In this document: in pieces, positions 35,967 through 58,922 of the stretch | Numbering within the stretch: position 1 is the first letter of the stretch | How the letters are laid out: every line of letters starts with the position of its first letter | From: Amoebidium appalachense | Taxonomy: Eukaryota; Protista; Ichthyosporea | Reading direction: 5' to 3' | DNA: 64,000 bases | NCBI GenBank assembly: GCA_963693365.1 | Contig: CAVNZM010000015.1 | Span: forward strand, 4,843,502 to 4,907,501 | The notes under the pieces: model-generated | The model's input: only the letters and a program-made list of their open reading frames with translations | Told to the model about the DNA's origin: nothing | The model's database searches: none | Made by a program: the position numbers and the translations under genes

Positions 35967-35997
35967 GTGTCCACGCAATAAAAAGTGTGTAAACCCC
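35967..35997 (+). mobile_element. Family B retroelement 3' end, 31-nt copy with 9-bp TSD AGGTATAAA
   Basis: GTGTCCACGCAATAAAAAGTGTGTAAACCCC flanked by AGGTATAAA at 35958-35966 and 35998-36006. Confidence 0.8.
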
Positions 35998-36210
35998 AGG
36001 TATAAAATAAATCAGTCAAAAGAAAAAAAAAGGAAAAAAAGTAAAAGCAATTCGGAAATCCGCTATCTCCCAGTCCCAAATGATTTATTCAACTAAGCGT
36101 TTGTTGGCCATTCACGTACAAATAATCATGCTTTAATGCGCTTTTTAATTTTGTTCAATCTGGAGATTTTTGCCGAAGTCTAATTAGGCGGCTTGCGTCC
36201 GTTGCGGGAC

Positions 36211-36275
36211 TAGTAGGCCGTCGAATGTGGCTGGGCCTCCGGCAGTGTCCACGCAATAAAAAGTGTGTAAACCCC
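36211..36275 (+). mobile_element. Family B retroelement 3' end, 65-nt copy with 6-bp TSD CGGGAC
   Basis: Matches 36553-36616 with one mismatch. CGGGAC at 36205-36210 and 36276-36281. Confidence 0.8.
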
Positions 36276-36309
36276 CGGGACACTATGATGCCCACTGTGT
36301 TTGAATTTT

Positions 36310-36769
36310 TTTTATATTTTTTATAATGACTTTATTGATATGTTTAGCAAAATAGAAGCCTAGATCACCTTATTAATGCTGCACAGTATGATATTGTGAT
36401 CCGGTGCCTTAACTTTCTGTCGGAGCTACCGATGCTAGCATCTGCTTACCCATAATATGTAATAGGGGTGTCAGATCCTACGATGGCGCTCATTGTTGCC
36501 TAGCATGTACATATGTCACTGGCTGCATTTGATTGGCTGTGCTGGAAAACGCAGTAGGCCGTCGAATGTGGCTGGGCCTCCGGCAATGTCCACGCAATAA
36601 AAAGTGTGTAAACCCCTAGAAGCCATCGAGATATCACCGATGTCTCGGAGAAGAAAATACAAAAGCCCTCACTCTCGGATACGGAGGAGATAACGACTTA
36701 AATAATCATACACCCTAGAAAACTCGTTAAACATTCCGTGGTTCAACAGATAGTCAATAGACGTAATAT
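36310..36769 (-). mobile_element. Family A LINE 3' fragment (~200 bp) interrupted by a family B copy
   Basis: 36322-36360 and 36617-36769 match 17337-17521 almost exactly. Confidence 0.88.
36361..36616 (+). mobile_element. Family B non-LTR retrotransposon 3' fragment, 256 nt, with 8-bp TSD TAGAAGCC
   Basis: TSD at 36353-36360 and 36617-36624; the empty site is seen at 17369-17376. The 5' part translates DHLINAAQYDIVIRCLNFLSELPMLASAYP*, resembling the family A C-terminus IDYLLNHGMFNEFSRVYDYLSRYLL. Confidence 0.8.
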
Positions 36770-37067
36770 TTTTTTCTTCTTTTGACTGGATTTATTCGAC
36801 GGAAAGATATGTAAGTATGCACGGCATACTGAGAAGACAATAAAAACTTCACGAGTTATCCAGTAACAAGTGCATACTGAGATACCTGAACACTAGGGGG
36901 GAGGGGGGGGGGGGGAGTTCGGTCAGTTGTTGTAATGCCGGGCACGGGGAATAGAAGATAGCAAACCTGTTTTTCGAGATATATGGCGTCCCCCACGACC
37001 TTAAGTATGCCCCCCCCCCCCCCCCCCCCCCCCCCCTCCCCTCCCCCCCCCCCCCCCCCCCCCCCCG

Positions 37068-38286
<1,219 letters not shown>

Positions 38287-38377
38287 GTGTACGTGTGTGT
38301 ACGGCCACTTACGCGGCCGCCACATGTGTACATGTGTGCTGGTGGCTGTGCGAGTGGCCCCAGGCCACGTGTTTGTG

Positions 38378-38463
<86 letters not shown>

Positions 38464-38771
38464 CAGCGCGTGTTTGTAGTGTGTGTGTGTCATTTCCTTT
38501 TCCACTCAGGCTTAATCGATTTCAAGTGAAGGCGGCCTTCAAATCCCGGAGATCGTTCCTTTACCAACCTACGGCACGTAGGCGTTGAAGAAGTACTTGA
38601 AATTCCATTCCAAATTAGGTGGTGGTCACTGAGTCACTGTGGTGGTGATGGTACATGGTAGTGGTGTAAGGGTGGTAGTAGGGTGGGTGGGTGGGTGGGT
38701 AGGAGGGAGGCGGGGAAGGAGGGCAAGGGGTTAGAAGAGATCACAATCCCGGGTCCACCGTGGCACACGTA

Positions 38772-38812
<41 letters not shown>

Positions 38813-39604
38813 AGTATATGTATTTATCACGTATCATGCCATGATATTGCTGATATACTGTGACTCAGCTATGTACTGTAGTCACTCCACCGATATGACA
38901 TACACATAACTTCTAAATTATTCAACTTTCGAGCTTGATGATCAAGCTAGGTCACGAACCCTATCGCGACCATATTATGCTGTGATGACAACTTCCGCTA
39001 ATGATGCTTTTTGAATTTGGCAACTCGGTATAAATATGCAGCGGGCTGCTAGGTGATTAAAAAAAATTACAAAAAAATTGGACGTCACACAGTGACGCAG
39101 TGCTGAAAATGAAATGCAGCATTGCCATGGTATTGGTGGTAATACCTTAATTTCTTACAAAGAGTGGGGCATGCCTGCTTCAACTAAACGTTTCCGCTTT
39201 TCATTGATTTTCCATGCCACATTGAGCTCTGCCGACTTTTTTTTATGACCGAACTCTAGGCTATCAATGTTATATCTGAGTCCACTGCTGCATTATAGCA
39301 AAAAAATACACTGTCAAATGCTTACATGCGAATGAATGCACCTTTGTTATTGTATGCATAACGACCAATAAAAAGATTTCATCTAGACTAGGTATACACG
39401 AGACGGATTAAACAATCAAGTTAAAAACCTCTAAACTAGGGGGCCAAATTTTCTTAAAACAGCAAAATATAGGAGTCTTCAGGCTACGGTAACCAACAAC
39501 TACACACCGTCCTTCAATAGTACAGCATTACATCACACCAACAGTGCGCCGAACGGAAGTAAAAATTTAACAGACAAACCACAATGGCACACAGTGACTA
39601 AAAT

Positions 39605-40279
39605 TTAAGCTGGGGGCGACACCTTTGAAGCAAATATCCTCTCGAACACCTGCCTGTGTGGGTCATCCCTATAGTACCTCAAAAAGGAGTCAAACTGTTC
39701 CTTTTTGGCAAACAGTCGATAGTCCAAAAGGCCCAGGAATAATCTTTCCAGTCGGTTGATTTCGGAAATAGAGAGGCCGGATGCCGCTGCCCAGACCTCG
39801 TTGCAACTGTCTCGATCCTGCGTGGAAATTTGGAGTAAACAATCGACGTAGCACAGGAAAAAGCAAAAATACGGGAAAAGCAGGTGCAAACACGGGCACG
39901 CACAGTGTATGACTCAGGGGACAAAATCCAACCCCACTACCGCATCACGGGCGGCTCACCATTTTTGTGTCAGTGTGTGTGCGTGCGCCCGCGCGTGCAC
40001 ACCTTCGTGTGTATATACTCTTTTTTTGGGAGGGTAAGGGGGAAGAGGAGGTGGTCGTATCATACGACACGATACTACGGTCAGACACACAACCCCCCCC
40101 CCCCCCCCCCCCCCCCCCCATCCCCTCCCCCCACACCCCCTTAACCAAACCACACACGTACAGTCTCATTCGTTCACATACAGGTAAAAACACAAAAACG
40201 CGAACACAACTTCGAGCAAGTGGCGCCCACACACACGCGCACGCATACACAGTGACACACACACACACTCACACACTGT

Positions 40280-40336
<57 letters not shown>

Positions 40337-41060
40337 GCAGGTATTTTTCGGCGATCATCAGCGACACCGTAACCAGGCAGTGGCCGCACACGCTCGAGTC
40401 GTTCTGTGTTGGCCGTGCATTCCCGAGGTTGCACAGCCGGTCTATATATAGAAACGCCAGAGCCACCGTGGCGTTACTGACTTGCAGCGTTCCTAACAGA
40501 TGGCACGTCACTTGAGATATTTCATTGACCCTGCTATGTTCATGTGCGGATGCTTCGCTGTCCGTATTTTTCCTGCTAGATTGTGAAAGATGAAAGGATT
40601 TTGATGCCTCACAACTGACAGTAAAACGGTTGACAAAGTTGAGCAGTGGGGTACAGGGCGCCTCGATCGAAGAATCTTCGACAAACACTTTTGGTAGGCG
40701 ATGTTGTTCCAATTTTGAGACCGATGAGGTGCGAGAAACCTTTTTACTCGCTAGGGTAGCTGTGTGTCCGGACGGGTTTACCGGGACTGAGTGCATGGGT
40801 TTCAGCTTTTTTGCTGCGCTGTTGTTGGGGGGTTTATTCCACAAGTGTGCCTCAGCATGTGAGGGTAGGCCTCCATCCGATGATGTGTGCATGTGTGTGT
40901 GGGAATGGGCAGCTGCAGGGAGAGATGTAACGAGTTGCTCACACGCAGTGAACATATTGTCTAGTTTGTTAAGAAGAGAGTTCCATACTTTGGTGCCATT
41001 CTCTTGAAGACTGTGGCGCCTGGGAGGAGGCACAGCCGCAGCGGTAGTGGTGGCTGCCAT
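39605..41060 (-). CDS. PHO80/PCL/CNPPD1-type cyclin, ~312 aa; exons 41060-40335, 39817-39605
   Basis: VSNATVALAFLYIDRL...CLVTVSLMIAEKYLQ|DRDSCNEVWAAASGLSISEINRLERLFLGLLDYRL matches the PHO80-family cyclin box. Phase-0 GT-AG intron. Confidence 0.9.
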
Positions 41061-43027
41061 GTTTAACAAAAGATAAACGAAATTTTTAGACAAAAGAATG
41101 TGAGAGCTTGGAAATCAATGAGGCCTGAGTGATGGTTAACTGTTGCGTTATTAAGTTTACTTATGTATTATAAAGTGGTGTAACACGAAACCGAGGTCGT
41201 TCTAACATCTAAATGCTTACAGTAAGTTACCGCGCTTTCGAATAATTCATTGTACTCTGGCCGATCAAAAACACGTGCATGGAGTAACGAATACCCGTCA
41301 CAGTCAAACCATTTACACAATCGTCTGGTGTGTTATATCGTCCACTTGAGCATTACTGCATACTCTGCGTCTTCGACGCAAACCGGCACACTAAAACACC
41401 ACAAGGTGATAAAGACACTACAAGAAAACTATCCCTTCGGCCTGCTTCTACCCCTCCCGTTTGTCCCTGGCCTAATAACTGTACAGCTGGTTTTGACCTT
41501 CAGGCCTTCAACCCCGCTGTTTCACGGTTCGCGTGAGTCGTGGCGCTGACATACGTGCAGCGACCAGAAACATCGGTGGCATGCCAAACTGGCCTAAAAT
41601 ATATACTCGTTACTCTAGATCAGCACATGCCAAAGGATAAATCAAATTACAAGTCTGGCACCAAAATCAAGTGCGGTGAAAATTTAGTTGTATGAGAATG
41701 TCTGGGGTTCATTGTGTTGAGAAGAAGAATACTTGGCTCTCTGGTGAACATAATACTAGTTAAGCCAATCTAACCTGGCGGCCTTTCCTATCCCCTACAA
41801 TAATTTAGAAAAATGACCAAAAAAATATTTTATAAGCATGTGATTTACAAACTTGTAAAGCAAGCAAAAGTCCATGTATTTTGTGGTTAAAAACTTTCTG
41901 TTGTCGAAACTTTGAGATATGACGGAACCCGACATGATGTTCATCTATGTCATCAATATCTCTGGAATGCGAAGTATTCGAGTAGACATTACGACACGAC
42001 TAACGACACGCAGTCAACAGCTTTAGCTTTTACATGTATATACTTTTAGGCATAGAGGTTTTTAGCCTATAATAATGCATATAAATATGCCACATAAACC
42101 ATTGTTAAAAAAGTCCCATGATATGTATTCTGGTGGCCCGTGTTACGCGTGCGACGCTGTGCGTATGTGGGCCAAAGTGGTGTCACGATGGTGGTGAATG
42201 GTGATAGCCTACGGTATGTGCGTGATGCATTCCTGCCATCCGATTGGTCAATTGTATCGTGAACTACGACATGATTCCAGGGTGTGATATTGCCATTTTG
42301 TCAAATTACAATTTCTTATACCACTATTGTAATAGGGACACGGGCTGTTTTCTTCTGGGTATTTTAATATATTTGAAGCCCTACTAAAGCCACTGGTGTA
42401 GAGAGTAGTGAACATAGCCTGAAAAAAGTTAATCACTGTCTCGGACGCTTTTCGTACTTGGAGGGGCAGTTCGATCTGGCCACAAATCCCCATTCTCAAC
42501 CTAATGCTTGCATACTCCGAACCAGTCACTGCACGCCCGACCACGAGACCGGCCACGTGCACGCATGAGCAGAATATTCGAAGCCTTCGACCTGTGCTCA
42601 AGGCCTCCCAGTGGCTCCCACTCTGACAAGGTCTTGCCTATGCTGTGCCCGACTGCCCTGGCCTATGGGGCGCCGTTTGCTGCAGAATTCCTTCGATCCT
42701 TTTTTCCAGCGGAAATCGGTCGATCGAAGACGGATCTAGCCTATTATGGGAAAACACCGATCCTGATATGAAATCCGAAACATTTGGTTGCTGAAAGCTT
42801 CGCAAAGCCTTTTTTGGGTCGGCAAAGGCATGATAAAAGATCGGCCAATCAGCAATCTGTTACTGACTTTCACATTAAATAACCAATAATTGGCGGTTAA
42901 TATCATACACTGTAGTAACCGGCTAGATCTATTCGCTTTTTTTTTTCACGGATCGGCAACTTTCGCATGCATGCGCTTTCTTTTTCTTTTTTTCCGCTGT
43001 TCTCAACCTAGCTGTTTTAGAAAAATA

Positions 43028-51880
<8,853 letters not shown>

Positions 51881-52039
51881 GTGTGGGTGGGTGTTGCCCC
51901 CCCCCCCCCCCCCCCCCCTCTCTCTCTTCTCTCCCTCTCCCTCTCCCTCTCCCTCTCCCTCTTCGTCTCCCTCTCTTTCCCTCTCCCTTCCTCTCTCTCT
52001 CACTCTCTCACTCTCGCTCCCTCTCCCTCTCTCTCTCCG

Positions 52040-52073
<34 letters not shown>

Positions 52074-52123
52074 CTCTCTCGCTCTACTGTAGCTTTCACC
52101 TTCTCAGTCTCCTTTTCTCTCTC

Positions 52124-52219
<96 letters not shown>

Positions 52220-53563
52220 CCACCCCCCCTCTAGAGAGTCTCTCTCTTCCTCTCTCTCCACTTTTTTTTTCTCTCTCACACCGTCCCCCTCTTTCCCTCC
52301 CTCCCTTTCCGTTCCTCCCTCCCTTCATCCCCTCCTTCTCCCCTTCCTTCTTCTTTTCCTCTCTCCCTCTCTCTCTCCCCTTCTCTCCCTTGCTCCCTCC
52401 CTCTCCCTCCCTCCCTCCCTCCCTCCCTCCCACTCTCCGTGTCTCTCTCATTCCCTCTCTCTCTCTCTCTCTCATTTTTCAACCTCCCTCCCTAGGGCTC
52501 ACTTTTCCCCTTGCCCTCTCCTCATTTCCTCTCTTGCTCCTTCCTACCTTTTTCCCCTCTGTCCTTCGCCTCCCCCTCCCCCCCCCCCCCCCCCTCCCCC
52601 CCCCCCCCCCCCAGCCCCTCCCTGTCTGTCTCTTTCTCTCTCAGATGATCTACCGACCTTCCCTCCCTCCCTCCCTTTTCCGCTTAGCCCCCCTCCCCCT
52701 CCCTCTCTCTCGTTCTCTATCTCTCGCTCTCCTCCCATCCCCCGCCAACTCTCTATTTTTCCTTCCCTCCCTTTTTCCTCCCTCCCTTCCTCTTCACCCC
52801 CCCCCCCCCTCCCCCCCCCCCCTCTCTCTCTCCCTCTTTCTCTCTCTCCCCCTGTCCCTCCCTCCCCCCTGCATCCCCCTCCCTGCATCCGCTCCCTCTC
52901 TCTTTCTCTCTCTCTCTCTCTCAGAACACCTATAGACATAGATATTCAGGAAGTTGCATTCTTCTGGCACCTTTCTTTTTGTAATTTTTTGGGGGGTGGG
53001 ATGTTTTTAATATCCCCTCGAACGGGGGAGGGTAAAGGGTGGACGGGGGCAACTGCAAATGTGTGTATTGTAGTTGTTGTCTGTTTATTGTCAAAAAGGA
53101 GGAAAAGGAAAGGAACTGGAAACTCGAAGGGGGTTGGGGGGGGGGGGGGGGGGGGGGGTTCGCCATTGTGGCATACCCCCCCCCCCCTCCCCCTCCTCCT
53201 CCTCCCCTGCCCGGGGGAACTTTGGGAAGTGGGGAGGGGGGAAGGGGGAGGGGGTAAAGAGGGGGGGGGGGGGGGGGGGACGGACGAGAAAGAGGGAGGG
53301 AGAGGTCGGGAACGAGTAGTGCTGTATCTGAAAATTCGAAAACAAAGACATTGGCAATGCTCGAATATCAGTTGGTATGTCTTCATCCTAGCCACTGAGA
53401 TATTCAATAAAATTTCCAATTACATATCATTCTTCAAGCTAAAAAATAATGCATACTTGTGACCTAGCATATGCTTTCTCCAAACAGAACTTCCTGTCTT
53501 TTTAATACATAACTTACACCCGGTCCTTTGCTATTTTTTAACTTTTATATCTTTTTAATGCAG

Positions 53564-54616
53564 ATGGGTGAACCAGTGGTGCAACTAGTAGTTCGTCAGC
53601 AGAGCCATGAAATGTGGGCCTTCCTTAAATGCCACACAGTAAACGTAACGCTACCGACCTGGTATGCCCCCGTTTCCCCCCCCCCCTCCCCGCCCCGCCC
53701 CGCCCGCCCTTCCCTCCGTCTTTTCTTCTCCCCTTTCCACTAATCTCCTCTCTCTTTTTATTTCCCTGCCACCCCATCCCCTCCTCCCCGCCTCCCTCTC
53801 CTATCACTCCCTCCCGCACTCCCCCCTACCCCTCCCCTCGCCCCCCAGGCCGCCGCCTCTCCGCGCCTCCCTTCCCTGCCACACACCCAATCCGATATTG
53901 TCCACTCTTGATATGGTCACTACATGTTGTCTGGCCCGACCCGGAACTCAGACACCTGACCCATATCAAGGTGTACCTAAACAAAGGTATTGAAACCCGA
54001 CCCGAAAAAGGGTAAACCGGTAACATACAGGAAATGCCCGTATTTTTTGCCCTAATGTGGCGATAGCGGTTTGTTCAATATGGTCATCCAGCCTGTGCAC
54101 ATGACTAGATCTGGTGGTGGTGATAGTAACCCCCCCCCCCCCCCCCCCCTTTTTTTTTTTTTTTTGGGTATAGTTCCCTCCCCAACCAACCTTCCTCCAC
54201 CACCTCTCCCTCTGCCCTTCCCCCCCCCCCCCCCCCCCCCCCAGGCAAAGTCCACACAAGCCAGAGCAGAACCACACATGCATAGGCACACACAGTGGCT
54301 CATATACATGTGCGCACACACAAATACACACACGTACACATGCACACACGTACATGTACACACGCACACACATGAACACACACATGTACGCACACACACA
54401 CATGCACACACGCACATCGTGACACACATGTACACACACGTTCACACACACACACATGTACACACACACACACGTACACACACGTACACACGTACACAAA
54501 CACTCGTACACACACAGTACGGTGTCACTGCTCTGCACGTGTCTGCCAGTCTACCCGACAGTCACCTTTTAAAGGAACTACTGGACTATGGTGCACACGT
54601 AAACACTGAAGATCGG
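53564..54616 (+). CDS. Ankyrin-repeat exons (53564-53661, 54518-54616) of an incompletely resolved gene
   Basis: 54518-54616 is a 99-nt phase-0 exon, [33 protein letters not shown]. 53564-53661 is 98 nt and reads [33 protein letters not shown] if one A is restored near 53647. Confidence 0.75.
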
Positions 54617-54784
54617 GTATGATCATACCCCTTGCTCCCCCCAGCCCCCCCCCCCCCCGACTGCCCGCCCTGCCTCCTCCTCCCCCCTGCTCCCCCTTAT
54701 TCCCACACCCAAAAGCTTTACTGGATACCAAGCCGGTATATATACGGGCGGTAGTACGCGCGCACACACAGTCACACGCATACA

Positions 54785-54820
<36 letters not shown>

Positions 54821-54874
54821 ACAAGCAAGCGCAAGCATTAAAGCAAACGGCAGCACACAATGTACATGCAAGCG

Positions 54875-54923
<49 letters not shown>

Positions 54924-55144
54924 GCAAGCGTAGAGTGGCATGTTAGGGAGTTTACTCCGAGCGGAACTAAAAAAGAGCCGAAAAGAAAAAAGAAAGGATT
55001 TATTGTTTTTGTTTCGGTGTTTGGGGGGGAGGTGGGGGGGAGAGGGGCAGTAAGCACCATCTTGGGATTGGCTTGAATCTTACCAAGCACTTTGTGCATG
55101 GGCTTTACCGTGATCCCCCACAACATGTACACCCACACACACTA

Positions 55145-55179
<35 letters not shown>

Positions 55180-55857
55180 GAACGCATACACGCACATGTA
55201 GACACGGGCTTGCACTTTACGTAGACATGCACACACACATGCATGCACACACACACACACACACACATACATACCGTGACGTATACACACGTACATATAA
55301 CACACTCTTACACACACGGACATGTGGACACACACACGCACACACACACACAGACGCACACACACGCACACACACATGTACACAATAGCACACAAATACA
55401 TACAAACACACGCACACACACACCAACTTTTTTGCACAGAGTTGACACCTACAACGTTGCCTGTGCATGTGCACAATTACGGTGTCTCCAGAAGCACTTT
55501 GCACGACCGCAGACGGCTGCAGCCTGCTACTTTGCCCAAAGAAGGGTGTGTTCCTGCCTCTTCGCATGCACACAGACAAGGCATATACTTAAATACTTGT
55601 GCACACACAAAGACCCACACACGCGCACAGCAACCCCATGCCCCCTCCCCACCCCCCCTCCCCGCCCTCTCCCCCTGCCCATTTTCTCTCCTGGGCACGA
55701 GTCTCTCCCCATCCCCAATATCCCTGTCCCCTCTCCCTCCTCACCCAATGGTCGCACTTCTATTGCCTATTCCCATACAACCCATGGCTCCCATAACCGT
55801 ATCCCCCCCCCCCCCCCCCCCCCCCCCAAACACACCCACACACACGCACACCCTCCC

Positions 55858-55893
<36 letters not shown>

Positions 55894-56241
55894 CCCCGTA
55901 TTAGTTTGATCCATATCCTGTTCTTCGCTCTCTTGTTGCTTGCTTGTGTCTGCATTATCTTTTTGCATCTCTCCCTCCCACCCCACACCTCCCCCCTCTC
56001 TATGCTCTCTCTCCCTTACACACACACACAGAGCGAGAGAGAGAGACATACACAGATATTTGGTGTGTGCGTGCGTACATGTGTGCATGTGTGTGTACGT
56101 GTGTGTATGCGGCATCCGTGCACCCATGCTCGTATTTGTGTATATATGCCTGTTTGTGCTCGTGTGTGTGTATCACAAGTACATGCAAACACACTCGCTC
56201 ATATAGTCCACGTCAGCTTGCACGAACACCCACATCGAAAT

Positions 56242-56330
<89 letters not shown>

Positions 56331-56421
56331 GGGCGCGCGCACACACAGCACACAAATACACGCACACATACAATTACACACAAGCACGCGTGCGTGCATA
56401 CACACACACACGCACACATAT

Positions 56422-56469
<48 letters not shown>

Positions 56470-56571
56470 CGTGGCAACACACACGCATGCCCACCCGCGC
56501 ACACATACACGCAACAGACACGCACACATGCACACACACACACTCGTACTTTCACACACACACGTGCGCGT

Positions 56572-56662
<91 letters not shown>

Positions 56663-56992
56663 GACAGACACACAGATATGTGCCTGTCTGTTTATAAAGT
56701 GGTTTGGCTATTTTACAGCCTATTGTGAATATTTCATCCTGCCTCGGTGCAGATGCAAAACTTAGGTGGGAGACCGTAGCCTCTGTGAGGTAAAACGGGT
56801 TGCAAATAAAGACATGCTCATGTGAAGCATCTGCTACAATTACATTCTTACTATTCTAAAAAATCCTAAGTATGCACGTGCACATACCTTTGCCCCGCTC
56901 AGTGGCATAGAGCCGACACGTGCATACATATCAACCATCACCACTGGCCACGGGTGCACGGACCTCTGGGTGCGTACAGACGCACACGCACA

Positions 56993-57030
<38 letters not shown>

Positions 57031-57861
57031 AACACCGTTGATACACACACGAGCTCGAGCACACAAGCACACACCTACACACACACACACACAGGAACAC
57101 CAAACACACGCGCGCACACACACCGTGACACACAGGCACAGGAACACCGTTGAAACACACACAAGCTCGCGCACACATGCACACACCTACACACACACAC
57201 AGGAACACACAAACACACGACCGCGCGCACACACACATACACACCTAAACACACACATAAAGCATATGCATACACACGTACACACACATACACACACACA
57301 CAGGAACACACACACACACACAAACACACAAACACACACACACATGTTGTGTGCGAGCATGTACGCAAGCGCAAATTTCGCATGCATGGACACTCACACA
57401 GTGGCCTGCTGTAACATGAACACACAGGCACAAATTGGTGCCATTCCCACTGTCACAGACGCATATTAATCATCATGCCCGCACACTCCGGCCATTGTAA
57501 GTGTTTGCCAGCATGCATGTATGCTCGAAGTATACCCATGTGACACGTGTTGTACACGTACGTACACGTTTTTTGATTGCATCAATATTCTCAGTAACAG
57601 TACACCACCGACACACCTGGCCTGCAGCAACTGAGTGATAAATATTCCCGACAGTCGGACATCATTCTAATAGTTGCCCATGCATGACCTTGGCAAAGGC
57701 AGGTCGACGCCAACCATACATAGGCTACCACTTGAGTCATAGCGAAACGGACACTGCGTGGGGACCCCAATGTACCCGTTAGCACACAGATAACGTTCAC
57801 GGCAGTACCACTAGTCTAGGAGAGTGGTGAATGTGAAAGCGGGTGGGGGCTGAGCCAGGAG

Positions 57862-57916
<55 letters not shown>

Positions 57917-58050
57917 GGGGGGGGGGGGGGGGGGGGGTAGAACCAAGATGGGCCGATTTATATATGTATACATGTAGTCACGTATGGGAAGGGAGGGGGG
58001 GGGGGGGGGGGGGGTCCGGGAAAGGAGGGCAGGGGCCGGGGAGTATGACG

Positions 58051-58333
58051 TAGAAATATTTATTCGGACCAACTTCCTGACTGGCCCCCTCACTATATCA
58101 AATGCAACACCCAGAATAACATCCACAAATCTACGTAGACCGTTCGAGTAGGGGGTTGCCATTCAAAGCGTCCTGGTGAGCTCCGAACGAGGAGCCGAAT
58201 AATGGAGAAGAGGGGGAGGGTGGGAGGGAGGGGGGAGGGGTGGGGGGAGGAGGGGGCGAGGGATTGTTTGGTACAATGGCGTGCAATCATGATGATTATG
58301 CGAAAAATAACATTGGGTTGGGGGGCTCGGGGG

Positions 58334-58369
<36 letters not shown>

Positions 58370-58767
58370 GAAGGGGATGATTGATAGTATTTGGGACCGG
58401 TTTTTTATAGTAGGCTCCACCCAAAAAGGGATAGAGCCTCAGGGGCTCGGGGGCGGGGGGGGGGGGGGGGGGGGGGGGGGGGGTAGAAATATTTATTCGG
58501 ACCAACTTCCTGACTGGCCCCCTCACTATATCAAATGCAACACCCAGAATAACATCCACAAATCTACGTAAGGCCGTTCGAGTAGGGGGTTGCCATTCAA
58601 AGCGTCCTGGTGAGCTCCGAACGAGGAGCCGAATAATGGAGAAGAGGGGGAGGGTGGGAGGGAGGGGGGAGGGGGTGGGGGGAGGAGGGGGCGAGGGATT
58701 GTTTGGTACAATGGCGTGCAATCATGATGATTATGCGAAAAATAACATTGGGTTGGGGGGCGGAGAA

Positions 58768-58801
<34 letters not shown>

Positions 58802-58882
58802 GAAGGGGATGATTGATAGTATTTGGGACCGGTTTTTTATAGTAGGCTCCACCCAAAGAGGGATAGAGCCTCAGGGGCTCGG
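58051..58882. repeat. Tandem duplication with ~433-bp period (58051-58483 and 58484-58882)
   Basis: Near-identical unique sequence in both copies, differing by a few substitutions/indels and G-run lengths. Confidence 0.92.
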
Positions 58883-58888
58883 CGGCGG

Positions 58889-58922
<34 letters not shown>

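Noticed and set aside
36353-36624. 8-bp TSD suggesting a hAT element
   Set aside because: There are no TIRs, and sister copies have 6- and 9-bp TSDs with variable 5' truncation.
53895-54015. Ankyrin-like peptide [16 protein letters not shown]
   Set aside because: No phase-compatible acceptor/donor pair was found, and the neighbouring exons join directly.
57770-57820. Helitron-like 3' end (weak hairpin then CTAG)
   Set aside because: The hairpin is imperfect and there is no second copy or 5' end to support it.
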